From an uncultured candidate division Zixibacteria bacterium (lineage in GTDB: Bacteria > Zixibacteria > MSB-5A5 > UBA10806), in the NCBI GenBank assembly GCA_963817915.1, contig CAWFQL010000017.1:32001-96000 (forward strand): a DNA stretch of 64,000 nt, given 5' to 3'. Below the pieces are notes generated by a model. It did no database searches, had not been told where the DNA came from, and saw nothing but the letters and a program-made list of their open reading frames with translations. The position numbers and the translations under genes are program-made. Shown one piece after another: positions 1-10,310 of this stretch (position 1 is its first letter; each line of letters opens with the position of its first letter).

Positions 1-4
1 TTTT

Positions 5-1108
5 TTGCGAGCCCATCTCTCACCGATGGCCGCGGTAAATAACCCGATCGATGTCATCGCCTCAGGCGGCCCGGAATCCTACGCCGCCGCAGTCGAGGCC
101 TCGCTGAAGGACCCCAATGTTGATGGTCTAATCGTAATCTATGTCCCCCCGATCCTTATTGACCATAAAGTCCTGATCGATTCCGTTATTGATAGGGTGA
201 CGAAATATCAAAATGGCAAGCCGGTGCTGTCGTGCCTGATGGGCTCACCCGGCGGAATTCCCGGCGCGGATGACCTGATAAAAAAGAATATCCCGATATA
301 TACATTCCCAGAGGGCGCTGCCAAAGGTATGGCCGCGATGATGCAATATCGAAAGATACGCCAAAGAATGAACGGCAATATTCGCCAGTTCAATGTCGAC
401 AAAGCAAAGATAGAACGCTTCATCGAAAGTACGCGAAAAGCAAACAAAAATACTATTATCGGCGATGACGCCCTGGCAATTCTAAATGCTTACGGCGTCG
501 GGATTGTAAAATCAATCAAAGCCAAAACCGAAAACGAGCTTTTCGAAGCTTTGAATATCCTCGCCTACCCAATAGCTATGAAAACAGATGACCCCACCAT
601 TCTTCACAAGACCGAAGTTGGTGGCGTAATTTTGAATCTGAATAATAAAGATTCTGTAATTGAATCATTTAATAAAATGAAAGCCAAATTCAGCGGGCCA
701 GACCGGGATTTCGCCGGTGTTGTTCTGCAGGAGATGGTCACCGATGGTGTCGAGACTATCATTGGAATGAACGGCGATCCCTTTTATGGGCCCCTCATAA
801 TGTTTGGACTGGGGGGAGTGCAGGTAGAGCTGATGAAGGATGTCGCGTTCAGAGTTGGCCCGTTGAGTGATATCGAAGCCGATGAGCTTATTAGATCTAT
901 AAAAAGTTTTCCTCTGTTGAATGGTTTCCGCGGATCAACTCCGGTGGATCTCAATCGTCTTAGCGAGACAATTCAACGGTTATCGCAATTGGCCTCGGAT
1001 TTTCACGATATCGAATCATTTGACCTAAATCCATTCCTGGCGTCGGCGAATCCCGAAAAATCGAAAGCTCTGGACGCTCGTTTTATCCTGAAAAATCTAA
1101 GGCGCTAA
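5..1108 (+). CDS. ADP-forming acyl-CoA (acetate-CoA) ligase family protein, C-terminal part; 5' end lies outside the window
   Basis: NPIDV ligase motif, then ATP-grasp region with ILHKTEVGGV, ETIIG..DPFYGPLIMFGLGG and DLNPF..DARF. Confidence 0.9.
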   Translation: MRAHLSPMAAVNNPIDVIASGGPESYAAAVEASLKDPNVDGLIVIYVPPILIDHKVLIDSVIDRVTKYQNGKPVLSCLMGSPGGIPGADDLIKKNIPIYTFPEGAAKGMAAMMQYRKIRQRMNGNIRQFNVDKAKIERFIESTRKANKNTIIGDDALAILNAYGVGIVKSIKAKTENELFEALNILAYPIAMKTDDPTILHKTEVGGVILNLNNKDSVIESFNKMKAKFSGPDRDFAGVVLQEMVTDGVETIIGMNGDPFYGPLIMFGLGGVQVELMKDVAFRVGPLSDIEADELIRSIKSFPLLNGFRGSTPVDLNRLSETIQRLSQLASDFHDIESFDLNPFLASANPEKSKALDARFILKNLRR

Positions 1109-1115
1109 GATAACC

Positions 1116-1776
1116 CTATTGCTCTTCAGCTTGTTTTCCAATTAGTATCTGAATACCAAGATAGATGCTCGTGAAATGCGAGTTGAATTTCGCGAACCGC
1201 CCCGCGCCAATATATTGCTCCAATCCGAATGTATTATCATATTTTAGATTCATGTCGAGGGCCCAGTCGTGCGCTCAGCCAGATTGCCAGCCCACCTGTA
1301 ATACTATATCCGCCCAATACTTGGGATTCTTTTGTTTTATGATCAATAGTTTCATCGTTGGAGTCTTTGAGCCACGATTCAATCATGAACCAGTAGAATC
1401 CCGTCGTCAATTCGCAATAAGGCCTCAAGATATCTCTATCCACCTGGAGCCTGACCCCGATCATGCCGTTGATCGAAAGATTAGCTGTCTCAAGTTTGGC
1501 ATTGCCGATAGATTCAATATTTCTATTTTCTGTTTTGTGGTCAAATCCGCTGCCTGTCAGCCCCAACACCAATCCGACGGTTTTTGTCTCGAATGGCGTA
1601 ATTACGAATTTGCAGTATGCTGAAGGTCCTGTCTTGCTATAATGATTGAATTTTCCCTCGGGAATTACCGGTCCTAATCCCGCTTCCACTGTACCCAACA
1701 TTTCCGCCGCCGCAATATTATTGCATGCCAAGACAGCCACGCTAATTATTAAAAATATCACTCTTGTTGTCCGCAT
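1116..1776 (-). CDS. Outer-membrane beta-barrel-like protein, one frameshift near 1262
   Basis: Signal peptide and alternating beta-strand pattern in ORF 1237..1776; removing one G in ctgggccctc continues as LALDMNLKYDNTFG...SIYLGIQILIGKQAEEQ to a TAG stop at 1116-1118. Confidence 0.6.
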
Positions 1777-1787
1777 ATATTTATATT

Positions 1788-1815
1788 ATTATATTTGCGG
1801 CTGGCGGGGTGTCAA
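1788..1815 (-). promoter_or_regulatory. Sigma70-type promoter TTGACA-N16-TATAAT for the beta-barrel gene; near-leaderless transcript
   Basis: tgtcaa at 1810-1815 and attata at 1788-1793 on the + strand; the ATG at 1776 lies only about 12 nt past the -10 box, with no Shine-Dalgarno. Confidence 0.65.
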
Positions 1816-1841
1816 TCGAAATCAACCATCGGATTCCCGTC

Positions 1842-2046
1842 GTAGGGGTTTGATTCATCAAACCCCATAGCATGGTGCGGTCGGGTCTTCGCACCCGACC
1901 GATAGGGAGCAGTAGGTCGCGGTTTGATCCGGCTACTGCCGGAGAAAACCCGACATCCTTTTACAGTGTATTTCCTGCGAGTCACGGCTTGCCGTGACCG
2001 CATATGGAAGTATTAGGTGGTGCGGTCGGGTCTCCGCACCCGACCG
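1842..2046. repeat. Mosaic cluster of REP-like palindromes
   Basis: GTAGGGGTTTGATTCATCAAACCCC (1842-1866); GTGCGGTCGGGT..ACCCGACCG twice (1875-1901, 2020-2046); GTAGGTCG..AAACCCGAC with nested TCCGGC-TACT-GCCGGA (1912-1954); TGCGAGTCACGGCTTGCCGTGACCGCA (1976-2002). Confidence 0.9.
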
Positions 2047-2073
2047 AAATGACCGCAATTTAACGGAGCAATA

Positions 2074-2649
2074 ATGCGCCAAATGAAAATCAAAATCCCA
2101 ATCTTAATTCTCTTATCCGGAATTTTCCTATTCTCCTCCTGCGGTATCTTATACAAAAAGGAAAAATCTCCCCCGATAACTCCTGATAATCTGACTCAAT
2201 CAATACTCTGGGACATCCATCAGAATATCCGCTATACATATTTCTACTATGCCGATGGCAGCACCGCGTCGGGCTTGATGCTTCGCTGGCAGGGTGATTC
2301 AGTCCTGGTACAGCCGCGCGGCGAAGATAAGGCCAGAAAAATCTCGACATCCGGCGTCAGCAAAATTAAGGTAGTGCTCGGAAACCGGGCTTTTGAATCA
2401 ATGGCTATCGGGATCGCCGCGGCAACCGGTTACTGGCTGGCGGTCGAGGGCTGGCAATTGAAAGGTCTCAGCATCTGGTCGTCTATAAGCAAGATATTTG
2501 TGCCGTTCGGGATTGTAGTTGCGGGCAATCGGGTATGGTTCTTCGAACGAACGGACCCAGGAATTCCTTGTCCCGCCCGATTTCGTCTTCTACTACGACC
2601 GCGCCAAAAAAATCTACGAAGCGCCACAAGAATAAAAAAAATTAAATAA
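2074..2649 (+). CDS. Hypothetical lipoprotein; C-terminus probably frameshifted
   Basis: Lipobox LFSSC after a hydrophobic stretch; C-terminal ~40 aa have atypical Arg-rich composition. Confidence 0.55.
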   Translation: MRQMKIKIPILILLSGIFLFSSCGILYKKEKSPPITPDNLTQSILWDIHQNIRYTYFYYADGSTASGLMLRWQGDSVLVQPRGEDKARKISTSGVSKIKVVLGNRAFESMAIGIAAATGYWLAVEGWQLKGLSIWSSISKIFVPFGIVVAGNRVWFFERTDPGIPCPARFRLLLRPRQKNLRSATRIKKIK

Positions 2650-2700
2650 CCCGAAAAAAGTACTTGACACAATTAATAGTCTTGAGTATCTATAATATGA

Positions 2701-5493
2701 ATGATTAAAAGATATTTGTTCTTGACGGCATTGGTCCTATTATTTTATAGGTCTTTTTCATTTGCTTGCATGGACTGCCCCGGTCATCAAAATTATGATT
2801 GGTGTACTGTTATCGTTTCGCAAGAGGATCCTCAGCAGGGCATATTAATTTTAGCTGTTTCCAGTTTTTGGACCTGCGCTGATGGCTGGGATGAGGGTGT
2901 TCAGGATATTCCGCCGATATTTTATGTCGAATTGTATAATAAATGTACTGACAAATATGAATTTGCCTGGGCCCAGGATCAGGGGAATTTTGATGGAAAA
3001 GAGTGGGGATGCGGCGTAATTTGTCTCCCTGGATGCTCATGTGAATGTGATTGGATACATATGCCACAATGCTGCGATAAAGAAACCCATTTTAGATCAG
3101 ATTACAGTGTAACTTTTGGCCATTTGACGGGCAAATTTAGAGTTTATGCCTTGTGGAAAGGTGGCCAAATCGTTTTTGACCGATATTTTGAATTTGGAAA
3201 CTTAATAATCCCTGGCGAAATTACGGAATTCAGCGGGATAGAAATTTGCGATTTGCGAGGAAATTCGGTGCCTAATTCCGCCACCTTCGATATTGATGAG
3301 CCTATTGGAATTAGGGCATCAGTGAACTGGAGCGACGATCCTTTTCCACTAGAGGATCTTTGGGGAATTGTAAAAACAAATGGGACTCTGGATTCTTTGA
3401 TTGTGCCTTTACAATATGTAAGAGGCGGACCTATCGGAGCTAGTTATTTCGGTACTATAGCAGCGGGAGCATTAAGTCAATTATATTCAAATCCCGAAGG
3501 TCATTTTAATGGTCACGTAAGAGACGTATTAACTGTTTATCCGACTAGAGCGGGATGCAAAATTTCCACACTGCCAGTCCCAAATGACCAAGTCTTTGTT
3601 TCTATTATAACAATCGATGTATTTCAAATTCAGTTTGATAATGATTATCCTATTTGTATTGACGGCGGTCCCTCGGGCCTAAATCCCTGTAAAAATGTGG
3701 GGAAGCCTCAATGGGTTGAAAATGATAAAAACGACCCGGTTTGCTATAAAAGATCGCATTATATTGATATGAAATTATCCTTGAATGCCAATTTTAATCC
3801 CCAACATAATTTTAGATTCCAGCTTGAAGGAGTCCCTGAGGTGACTGATTATTTGGATTATTTTGTCGCGGGATTTTTTGTGACGCTGAATGGGCAATCT
3901 ACAACCATCTCGGGAGTAAGACCCATAAACCCATTGCCCGACACATTATGCGGCTTTGACTTGAGTTACAGATGGCATATTCAAAAATCTCCAATAAAGC
4001 CCTATAAGGCCATGAATAATTCTGGCCCTCACAGAATATATGTGGTCTATGATCAGCCTTGCCAGAATCAATATTCATCTCCAGCGAATACTCTCGGGCT
4101 TGATCTTGTCTGCATAAGATATGCACATGGTTTAAATCAGCCTAATTCAATTTTGAGTGCCATAATGAGTGGTATTTACGGAGAAACAAATATTTATTAT
4201 GATCCAAACCAATCCCCTATTCTCTACATAGACCCTTATAATCTTTACAGGACGGGGATAGGCCAATGTAATTCATTCGCAAGGTTTTTCTTGGTTTTAG
4301 CTCATTCGGTGGGAATTCCCGCCAAAAAGGTTACCGTCTATAGTGGTCGGGAGGAGCTAGGATTAATATATTGGCATTATTGGTTTAATAATTGCAATCC
4401 TCCGGATCTTCGTTGGAGTTTATTATTTTGCCAGAACATTATTGATAGCCAAGGCCATAACGGCGGTTCGCATGGTAGCTTTTGCCCTCCTTACTGGATT
4501 TTTAATTATCATGTGGTAGCTGCATACAGCGACGGCGTAACAAACACAACTTATGATGCTGTTTATAATAAATCAGGTGATTTTAATACCCAATACGGTG
4601 AATGGCTACGATATTATTATACATTTCCCCCGGGTCAAATAGAGCCGCCCGGTGATCTGCCAGGTTTATATAATCACCCTGTCGGCGAAAATCCGTTACC
4701 ATTATGGGGAAATTTTACAGTACGAAAGATATACCATGATGACTTAATTCATCCGCCTTATCCTCTATTAACAGTGGGCGCTGGATCAATTTTATTAAAC
4801 GGTAATTTAGAATATTCTTCGGATGGTGCTGATTCCTTTAGAACTGTGGTAGCGCCTTGGGACCGGGACTATATGATGTTTCTAAAGATGTTTGCGAGCG
4901 AAAAATTGGGGAATCGTTATTTATATCCTGCTATTGATATTCCCGGCGAGAGTCTTGAGAGATCATCCAATAAAAAGGCTCCGGGTGATTATATGGTTGA
5001 AACATCTACTTTATCCCCAATTGTATCCTTGGATATGGCTGATAATAAATGGTTTGATAATTGTCTCAAGACGATATTGACTCCAAATTATTACGATAGA
5101 AATATCAGTGGCTTTATTAAAAAATATGATGATGTGTTAGGTGATTCTTCGAGACATGAGTTTTATGGCAAATACCAATTTAATGGTATTAAATTTTCTA
5201 CAGGCGGCTGGTTCGGGAAATTTACGGATATCGGTGTTTATTCTAATTATAGCAGCGTAGTTGAGTTTTTAAAGCTAGCTCGCCAATACTTTCAACTGCC
5301 CGAAATATCGCAGGACAAGGTCGATATCTATAATGAAGGTGATGATTTTTTCTATTCCGTTCTTGACCGAGATAATATGTTTTGGCTAAGAGGTTATAAT
5401 GTTGTGCTTGATAATCAAAACGATTTAAAAGATATGATTAAAACCAATATTATCCAACTGGCTAAATACTATGACAAGGATTTTGTGCCATGA
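2701..5493 (+). CDS. Large secreted Cys-rich protein with a transglutaminase-like (Cys-His-Asp) domain
   Basis: 930 aa, signal peptide; GQCNSFARFFLVLAHSVGIPA (C523), FNYHVV (H604) and TYDAV (D619) match the transglutaminase-like core pattern. Confidence 0.6.
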   Translation: MIKRYLFLTALVLLFYRSFSFACMDCPGHQNYDWCTVIVSQEDPQQGILILAVSSFWTCADGWDEGVQDIPPIFYVELYNKCTDKYEFAWAQDQGNFDGKEWGCGVICLPGCSCECDWIHMPQCCDKETHFRSDYSVTFGHLTGKFRVYALWKGGQIVFDRYFEFGNLIIPGEITEFSGIEICDLRGNSVPNSATFDIDEPIGIRASVNWSDDPFPLEDLWGIVKTNGTLDSLIVPLQYVRGGPIGASYFGTIAAGALSQLYSNPEGHFNGHVRDVLTVYPTRAGCKISTLPVPNDQVFVSIITIDVFQIQFDNDYPICIDGGPSGLNPCKNVGKPQWVENDKNDPVCYKRSHYIDMKLSLNANFNPQHNFRFQLEGVPEVTDYLDYFVAGFFVTLNGQSTTISGVRPINPLPDTLCGFDLSYRWHIQKSPIKPYKAMNNSGPHRIYVVYDQPCQNQYSSPANTLGLDLVCIRYAHGLNQPNSILSAIMSGIYGETNIYYDPNQSPILYIDPYNLYRTGIGQCNSFARFFLVLAHSVGIPAKKVTVYSGREELGLIYWHYWFNNCNPPDLRWSLLFCQNIIDSQGHNGGSHGSFCPPYWIFNYHVVAAYSDGVTNTTYDAVYNKSGDFNTQYGEWLRYYYTFPPGQIEPPGDLPGLYNHPVGENPLPLWGNFTVRKIYHDDLIHPPYPLLTVGAGSILLNGNLEYSSDGADSFRTVVAPWDRDYMMFLKMFASEKLGNRYLYPAIDIPGESLERSSNKKAPGDYMVETSTLSPIVSLDMADNKWFDNCLKTILTPNYYDRNISGFIKKYDDVLGDSSRHEFYGKYQFNGIKFSTGGWFGKFTDIGVYSNYSSVVEFLKLARQYFQLPEISQDKVDIYNEGDDFFYSVLDRDNMFWLRGYNVVLDNQNDLKDMIKTNIIQLAKYYDKDFVP

Positions 5494-6230
5494 GATACTT
5501 ATTGGCACTGATTGCATTGCTGATATGCTTTAATATCGCTTCCGCTGAACGATTCGTTTATTGGCTTTCTCCGAACCTTCCTATCCCCCCTGATACTACG
5601 GTTGGAGTTAGAGACACGATGTTTATACCGGATAGCATCCTTATAGAGGATTTGAATGTTTATATAGGTATTGACGCTCAAGGTTGGGGCGATCTTCTTG
5701 TAATCCCCATAAAATCGCCTTGGCATCATCAAGTATTTTTGGCTAATAGAAATCTGGATCGCCCCTATTTTAATATCTGGTTTGACACGCAAACCGAGGA
5801 AGACGGCCCCGGTCAATTGGAAGATTATAATGGGCATTATTCTAACGGCAACTGGATTATTAATCCCTCCCAACCTATGGGCCATTTTGATTTTATCTTT
5901 TCGACATGGGCCATCGAGATTTATGGTCAGCTAATGACAGATGTCAAAGACGAAATAAATCAACCGCTCAAATTCGGCATATCGTCCGGCTATCCGAATC
6001 CATTCAATGACAAAACTCAAATCAAATTTTCCCTTAAAGATCCGGGTCAAACGACACTGAAAATCTATAATATTATCGGGCAGGAAGTTTGCACGCTATT
6101 AGATGGCCAACTTCAGCCAGGTACCCATTTCATTGATTGGGATGCCTCCGGGCTTGCTTCCGGCGTTTATCTGTGTGTCTTGAAATCATCTGATAAAGAT
6201 TCCCATCTCCGCCTAACCCTGCTGAAATAG
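5490..6230 (+). CDS. Secreted protein: proprotein-convertase P-like domain plus FlgD/T9SS-like C-terminal domain
   Basis: IEDLNVYIGI..DLLV...LEDYNG..SNGNW..WAIEI resembles a P-domain; GYPNPFN..IYNIIGQEV..LASGVY tail; ATGA overlap with the upstream gene. Confidence 0.7.
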   Translation: MRYLLALIALLICFNIASAERFVYWLSPNLPIPPDTTVGVRDTMFIPDSILIEDLNVYIGIDAQGWGDLLVIPIKSPWHHQVFLANRNLDRPYFNIWFDTQTEEDGPGQLEDYNGHYSNGNWIINPSQPMGHFDFIFSTWAIEIYGQLMTDVKDEINQPLKFGISSGYPNPFNDKTQIKFSLKDPGQTTLKIYNIIGQEVCTLLDGQLQPGTHFIDWDASGLASGVYLCVLKSSDKDSHLRLTLLK

Positions 6231-6257
6231 TAGGCCGGAACCCCCCGTGGTTCCGGC
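6230..6257 (+). repeat. GTAG-tagged REP-like palindrome
   Basis: GTAG-GCCGGAAC-CCCCCGTG-GTTCCGGC directly after the stop codon. Confidence 0.65.
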
Positions 6258-6366
6258 GATATGCAGCCTCTTTATTATTGCTTTATAGTCCCGGCTTGCC
6301 TATATTCACCTCAGGAATGGCACATACTCATTTCAAATAAAATCACATTATACAGGGAGGTCCTAC

Positions 6367-6795
6367 ATGGACATCGAAGTGCGGCTGGCTAAAAAAGGAG
6401 ATATCGATATCATCCACGGTATCCTCGAAGAAATCCAGCCATGCGATATCAAACAGCGCGCCCGGCGGTTCGATCAGGCTATCGACTCCAATTTCTCGAC
6501 CTACCTCGTAGCCGTATCCGGCGAAAAGGTAATAGGTTTCGTCAATATCTGGCATATACCGGATATCGTCGATGGCGGCATTCTGGGTATTATCCTGGAT
6601 TGCTATGTCTCCAAGGAACATCGCCATCGCGGGGTCGGCAAGATGCTCATGAATTCCGCCAATGAAATCTGGAAGAAAATCGGAGTCAATAAAAGCTTCG
6701 GATGGATGAACCCCAATAATAAGAATGCCATCAGCCTGCTGAAAAAATTAGGTTATTCCACCGAAAGCCTGATGCTCGAAAAAAACATGGGCTGA
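6367..6795 (+). CDS. GNAT family N-acetyltransferase
   Basis: Acetyl-CoA motif VSKEHRHRGVGK and N..AISLLKKLGY; RBS GGAGG upstream. Confidence 0.85.
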   Translation: MDIEVRLAKKGDIDIIHGILEEIQPCDIKQRARRFDQAIDSNFSTYLVAVSGEKVIGFVNIWHIPDIVDGGILGIILDCYVSKEHRHRGVGKMLMNSANEIWKKIGVNKSFGWMNPNNKNAISLLKKLGYSTESLMLEKNMG

Positions 6796-6950
6796 CGAAC
6801 AATATATGGATTGGTATATCCATTAAATAATAAAAAAATATTAGATTTTTCTGGCGCAGCGCATTTTCGATAATTATATTATTTACCAGATCAACATCTT
6901 GGCCGGAAACGGGAATTCCTTAATAACCTCAATGATGCGGGAGGTTTCTT

Positions 6951-7340
6951 ATGTACAATAATCTCCAGGGGAGATGCGGGCTATATTGCGGGCACTGCTC
7001 GATTTACATGGCATATTCGACCAGTAACCGAGAGGCCCTGCAAAAAATAGCCTCCGAAATTAATAAAACTCAAGACAAAATGATCAAACCGGAAGATGTC
7101 AAATGCCTTGGGTGCAAAAGCCCAGCTGTTTCCTGCTGGAATTCCACATGCGAAATACGCAATTGCGCCGACGAACGGGGAATCGAATTCTGCTATCAAT
7201 GCCGTGTTTATCCCTGCGATATAATTCAAAACCATCTCGAAAAACACCCTCAAGCCAGGGAAAATATGAGAACTATATCCAAAATCGGCCCATATGCCTG
7301 GCTTACCGAGATGATGACTAAAAGTGTCGAGGGTATGTAG
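6951..7340 (+). CDS. DUF3795-like Cys-rich (metal-binding) protein
   Basis: CGLYCGHC...CLGC...CEIRNCA...FCYQC..YPC pattern; RBS GGAGG. Confidence 0.75.
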   Translation: MYNNLQGRCGLYCGHCSIYMAYSTSNREALQKIASEINKTQDKMIKPEDVKCLGCKSPAVSCWNSTCEIRNCADERGIEFCYQCRVYPCDIIQNHLEKHPQARENMRTISKIGPYAWLTEMMTKSVEGM

Positions 7341-7521
7341 CGTTGATATTCCAGCTTATCCGCACTTGAGGCTATTAGTAACTATCTCGATGTAGCTTTA
7401 TAAATCATTATAATAATTTCTATAGACTTATCATGTCGAATATTTTAAATTTTCGAGTCATGATAGTAAATGTAAGAAATGGTAATTGGAATTTGATTTC
7501 CAGGTAAAACAGGTGGAGTCC

Positions 7522-8304
7522 ATGCAGTACAAAAATATCATATTCGAAAAAAATGAAAAAGTGGCAACAGTAACCATCAACCGTCCTCCGGTTCTGAATG
7601 CACTCAATACCGAGGTCATCCTGGAGCTTCTCGATTGCTTCAACCAGATTGCCGTCGATAGCTCAATCCTTTGCGTAATTATTACAGGCGGCGGCGAAAA
7701 ATCATTTGTTGCCGGAGCCGATATAGCGGAATTAAACAAGCTCGATATTGAAACCGGTCAGATTCTTTGCGATCGAGGCCACGCGCTCTGTGCCAAGATC
7801 GAAAATCTGCCTCAGCCGGTGATAGCGGCCATCAATGGGTTCGCTCTTGGAGGCGGCTGCGAGCTGGCGATTTCCTGCGATATCCGCCTGGCGTCCGATA
7901 AGGCTAAGATCGGCCAGCCGGAAATCAATCTCAGCATTTTGCCCGGGTTCGGCGGCACTCAAAGATTGCCGCGCCTCGTTGGCAAGGGTAAGGCCACCGA
8001 GATGATTCTTACCGGCGATCATATTTCCGCCGAGGAAGCCAAACGGATCGGACTTGTCGACCAAGTATATCCTCATGATGAATTACTGCCAAAAGCTAAG
8101 GAATTGGCGCAAAAAATAGCCTCTAAAGCGCCGCTCGCGGTTATCGCCGCAAAAAAATCCATCAATTATGGCCTCAATGTCGACTTGAAATCGGGCTGCG
8201 AGCATGAAGCGTTGCTCTTCGCCGCCAACTGCGCCACCGAAGATAAAAACGAAGGCACCGGCGCCTTCCTCGAAAAACGTAAACCCGTGTTCAAGGGGAA
8301 ATAG
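7522..8304 (+). CDS. Enoyl-CoA hydratase (crotonase family)
   Basis: NRPPVLNALN, SFVAGADI, INGFALGGGCELA, GQPEINL..PGFGGTQRLPR; likely start ATG 7522 after GGAG. Confidence 0.92.
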   Translation: MQYKNIIFEKNEKVATVTINRPPVLNALNTEVILELLDCFNQIAVDSSILCVIITGGGEKSFVAGADIAELNKLDIETGQILCDRGHALCAKIENLPQPVIAAINGFALGGGCELAISCDIRLASDKAKIGQPEINLSILPGFGGTQRLPRLVGKGKATEMILTGDHISAEEAKRIGLVDQVYPHDELLPKAKELAQKIASKAPLAVIAAKKSINYGLNVDLKSGCEHEALLFAANCATEDKNEGTGAFLEKRKPVFKGK

Positions 8305-8350
8305 CCCTAGGCATTTTACAATATTGGGAAGTTTTCCCGAGGGGGATATC

Positions 8351-8587
8351 ATGGAAGAAATTCTCGGTCAAAACCGTTCGGTCGATCCACTGGCGCTCGG
8401 CGAGGCATACCTCGAATACTGCGTCAAGCAAGGATGGCTGGCCAAAGTGGGGGAGGGCGGAGCCGCTCAATACGAGCTGACTCCCGCGGGGCAAAAGAAA
8501 TTAGCCGATGTGCCATTCAATTTCGATCTTTCGAAACTGACCGGCAAAGGCGAGACTACAAAGAAAAAAAGACAACATCGAAAATAG
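8351..8587 (+). CDS. Small hypothetical protein (possible winged-helix-like)
   Basis: ATG 8351 after GAGGGGG; YLEYCVKQGWL...YELTPAG; lies within ORF 8204..8587. Confidence 0.5.
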   Translation: MEEILGQNRSVDPLALGEAYLEYCVKQGWLAKVGEGGAAQYELTPAGQKKLADVPFNFDLSKLTGKGETTKKKRQHRK

Positions 8588-8690
8588 CAGGACAAACGGC
8601 AATTTACTGATTTACGATTCTGGTCATAGCCATGCCCAAAATCTTTGTATCTCTTGCATTTTTAGAATAATTACTATTTAATAATCCATC

Positions 8691-9689
8691 ATGAAAGTTG
8701 CAGTTACAGGCGCCGGTGGATTTTTGGGGCAAGTCCTCGTCTCGCGCCTTAAACGATCGAACCACGAACCTCTGGCAATTGTCAGAAAAAACACCGATAT
8801 AAGCATTTTCAAAGAACGAGGCATCGCCTGGGTGCAGTGCGATCTCTCCGATCCCAATCCGAAGGAAGACGATCTCAAGGGATGCGACGCTCTTGTTCAC
8901 TGCGCCGCCTATACCCGCCAGCATGGCCGATGGGAAGATTTCAAACGAATCAATATAGACCTTACTCATAATATCATGGATTTCTCGCTCAGAGCCGGTC
9001 TCAAAAAAGTTATTCATATTTCGACTACCTCGGTTTGCGGCAATGAAAGAAATCATTACGGCACTGACGAAGAAGTCGAGTATGGCGAACGAATAGTCGA
9101 TCATTATACTCGTTCGAAAATCGAGGCCGAAAAGGTGGTTGCCAATTTTATCGATCGCTATGATCTGCCCGCGATAATTCTCAGGCCGGGATATATCTGG
9201 GGCCCCGGAGATCAGACGTTAATACCGTTTATCGTTAACGGCCTTAAATCAAACCGGCTGCGGCTTGTCGATGATGGCGATAACATACTCTCCCTTACTT
9301 TCATCTACAACGTTATCGAGGCCATAATGAAATCACTCGCGCTGGTGGATGTACCCGGAAGAATCTATACAATTACCGATGGCTCCAAAATTAAATCTAA
9401 AAGATTCATAGGCGATATTATTAATTTGCTTGGAATAGATTACAAGCTGACCAATATCCGCTATCCGCTTCTATATACCAGCGCCTATTTCAAGGAGCTA
9501 TTCCAGAGTATCATGCCGGGACAAAGACCGGTTCTCACAAGATTCGCCGCCCGATTCCTGAAATACAACGCCATATTCGATATTTCCAAGGCGATCTACG
9601 AACTGGGATATCAGCCAAAAGTCAATTATCAGCAGGGCATGGCTATGATTACTCCGTATATACGTTCATTATACTATGGATTCAGATAA
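8691..9689 (+). CDS. NAD-dependent epimerase/dehydratase (3-beta-HSD-like extended SDR)
   Basis: VTGAGGFLG, VHCAA, catalytic YTRSK, LRPGYIWGPGD. Confidence 0.88.
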   Translation: MKVAVTGAGGFLGQVLVSRLKRSNHEPLAIVRKNTDISIFKERGIAWVQCDLSDPNPKEDDLKGCDALVHCAAYTRQHGRWEDFKRINIDLTHNIMDFSLRAGLKKVIHISTTSVCGNERNHYGTDEEVEYGERIVDHYTRSKIEAEKVVANFIDRYDLPAIILRPGYIWGPGDQTLIPFIVNGLKSNRLRLVDDGDNILSLTFIYNVIEAIMKSLALVDVPGRIYTITDGSKIKSKRFIGDIINLLGIDYKLTNIRYPLLYTSAYFKELFQSIMPGQRPVLTRFAARFLKYNAIFDISKAIYELGYQPKVNYQQGMAMITPYIRSLYYGFR

Positions 9690-9702
9690 TACCAATTCCT
9701 CG

Positions 9703-10050
9703 CTATTGCTTCGGCCCTAATTCCTCCAAAAATTCCACAGCACGTCTCAAATGCGGTATGATTATCGATCCGCCTATTGTTAATGCCACGCTGAATATCT
9801 CGTAAAATTCCTCTTTAGTGACATTGTTCTCATGGCATTTCAGGATATGGTATTTAACGCAATCGTCGCACCGCAAAACCATCGATGTCGCCAGGCCCAG
9901 CATCTCCTTTGTCTTTACCGGCAAGGCTCCTTTTTCATAAGTCAAAGTATCCACTGAATAAAACCGTTTGATAGCCCGGTTATCAGCGTCCAGTATTATC
10001 TTATTCATTCTCGAACGATAATCATTGAAATCATCAACCATTTTTCCCAT
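9703..10050 (-). CDS. Carboxymuconolactone decarboxylase / AhpD-like protein
   Basis: LPVKTKEMLGL...LRCDDCVKYH motif. Confidence 0.85.
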   Translation of the reverse strand: MGKMVDDFNDYRSRMNKIILDADNRAIKRFYSVDTLTYEKGALPVKTKEMLGLATSMVLRCDDCVKYHILKCHENNVTKEEFYEIFSVALTIGGSIIIPHLRRAVEFLEELGPKQ

Positions 10051-10310
10051 AAATTTGCCTCCGTTCTTTTTCTTTTGTCAATAAAATCATTGGACTAATC
10101 TAATCATCAGATTTTCCAAATTACAAATATTAAAATTATTTGCTTAATCCAATATAATGCTTGCTCTAATCGACTGGTTTATTATAAATGAAATCAAAAT
10201 CGGCGCTATTGCTTGCTAATAGCACAAAGATCAAAATTTGCGCCAATTAAGGAACAAAATTATCAGATTGATAGCTTACTAAGAAAAATTTGAATGGTTT
10301 GCGGGGGCGC

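Noticed and set aside
2664..2696. Consensus promoter TTGACA...TATAAT before the 930-aa gene
   Set aside because: The spacing is 21 nt, and the hexamer at 17 nt (TATCTA) is poor; a promoter is plausible but cannot be placed.
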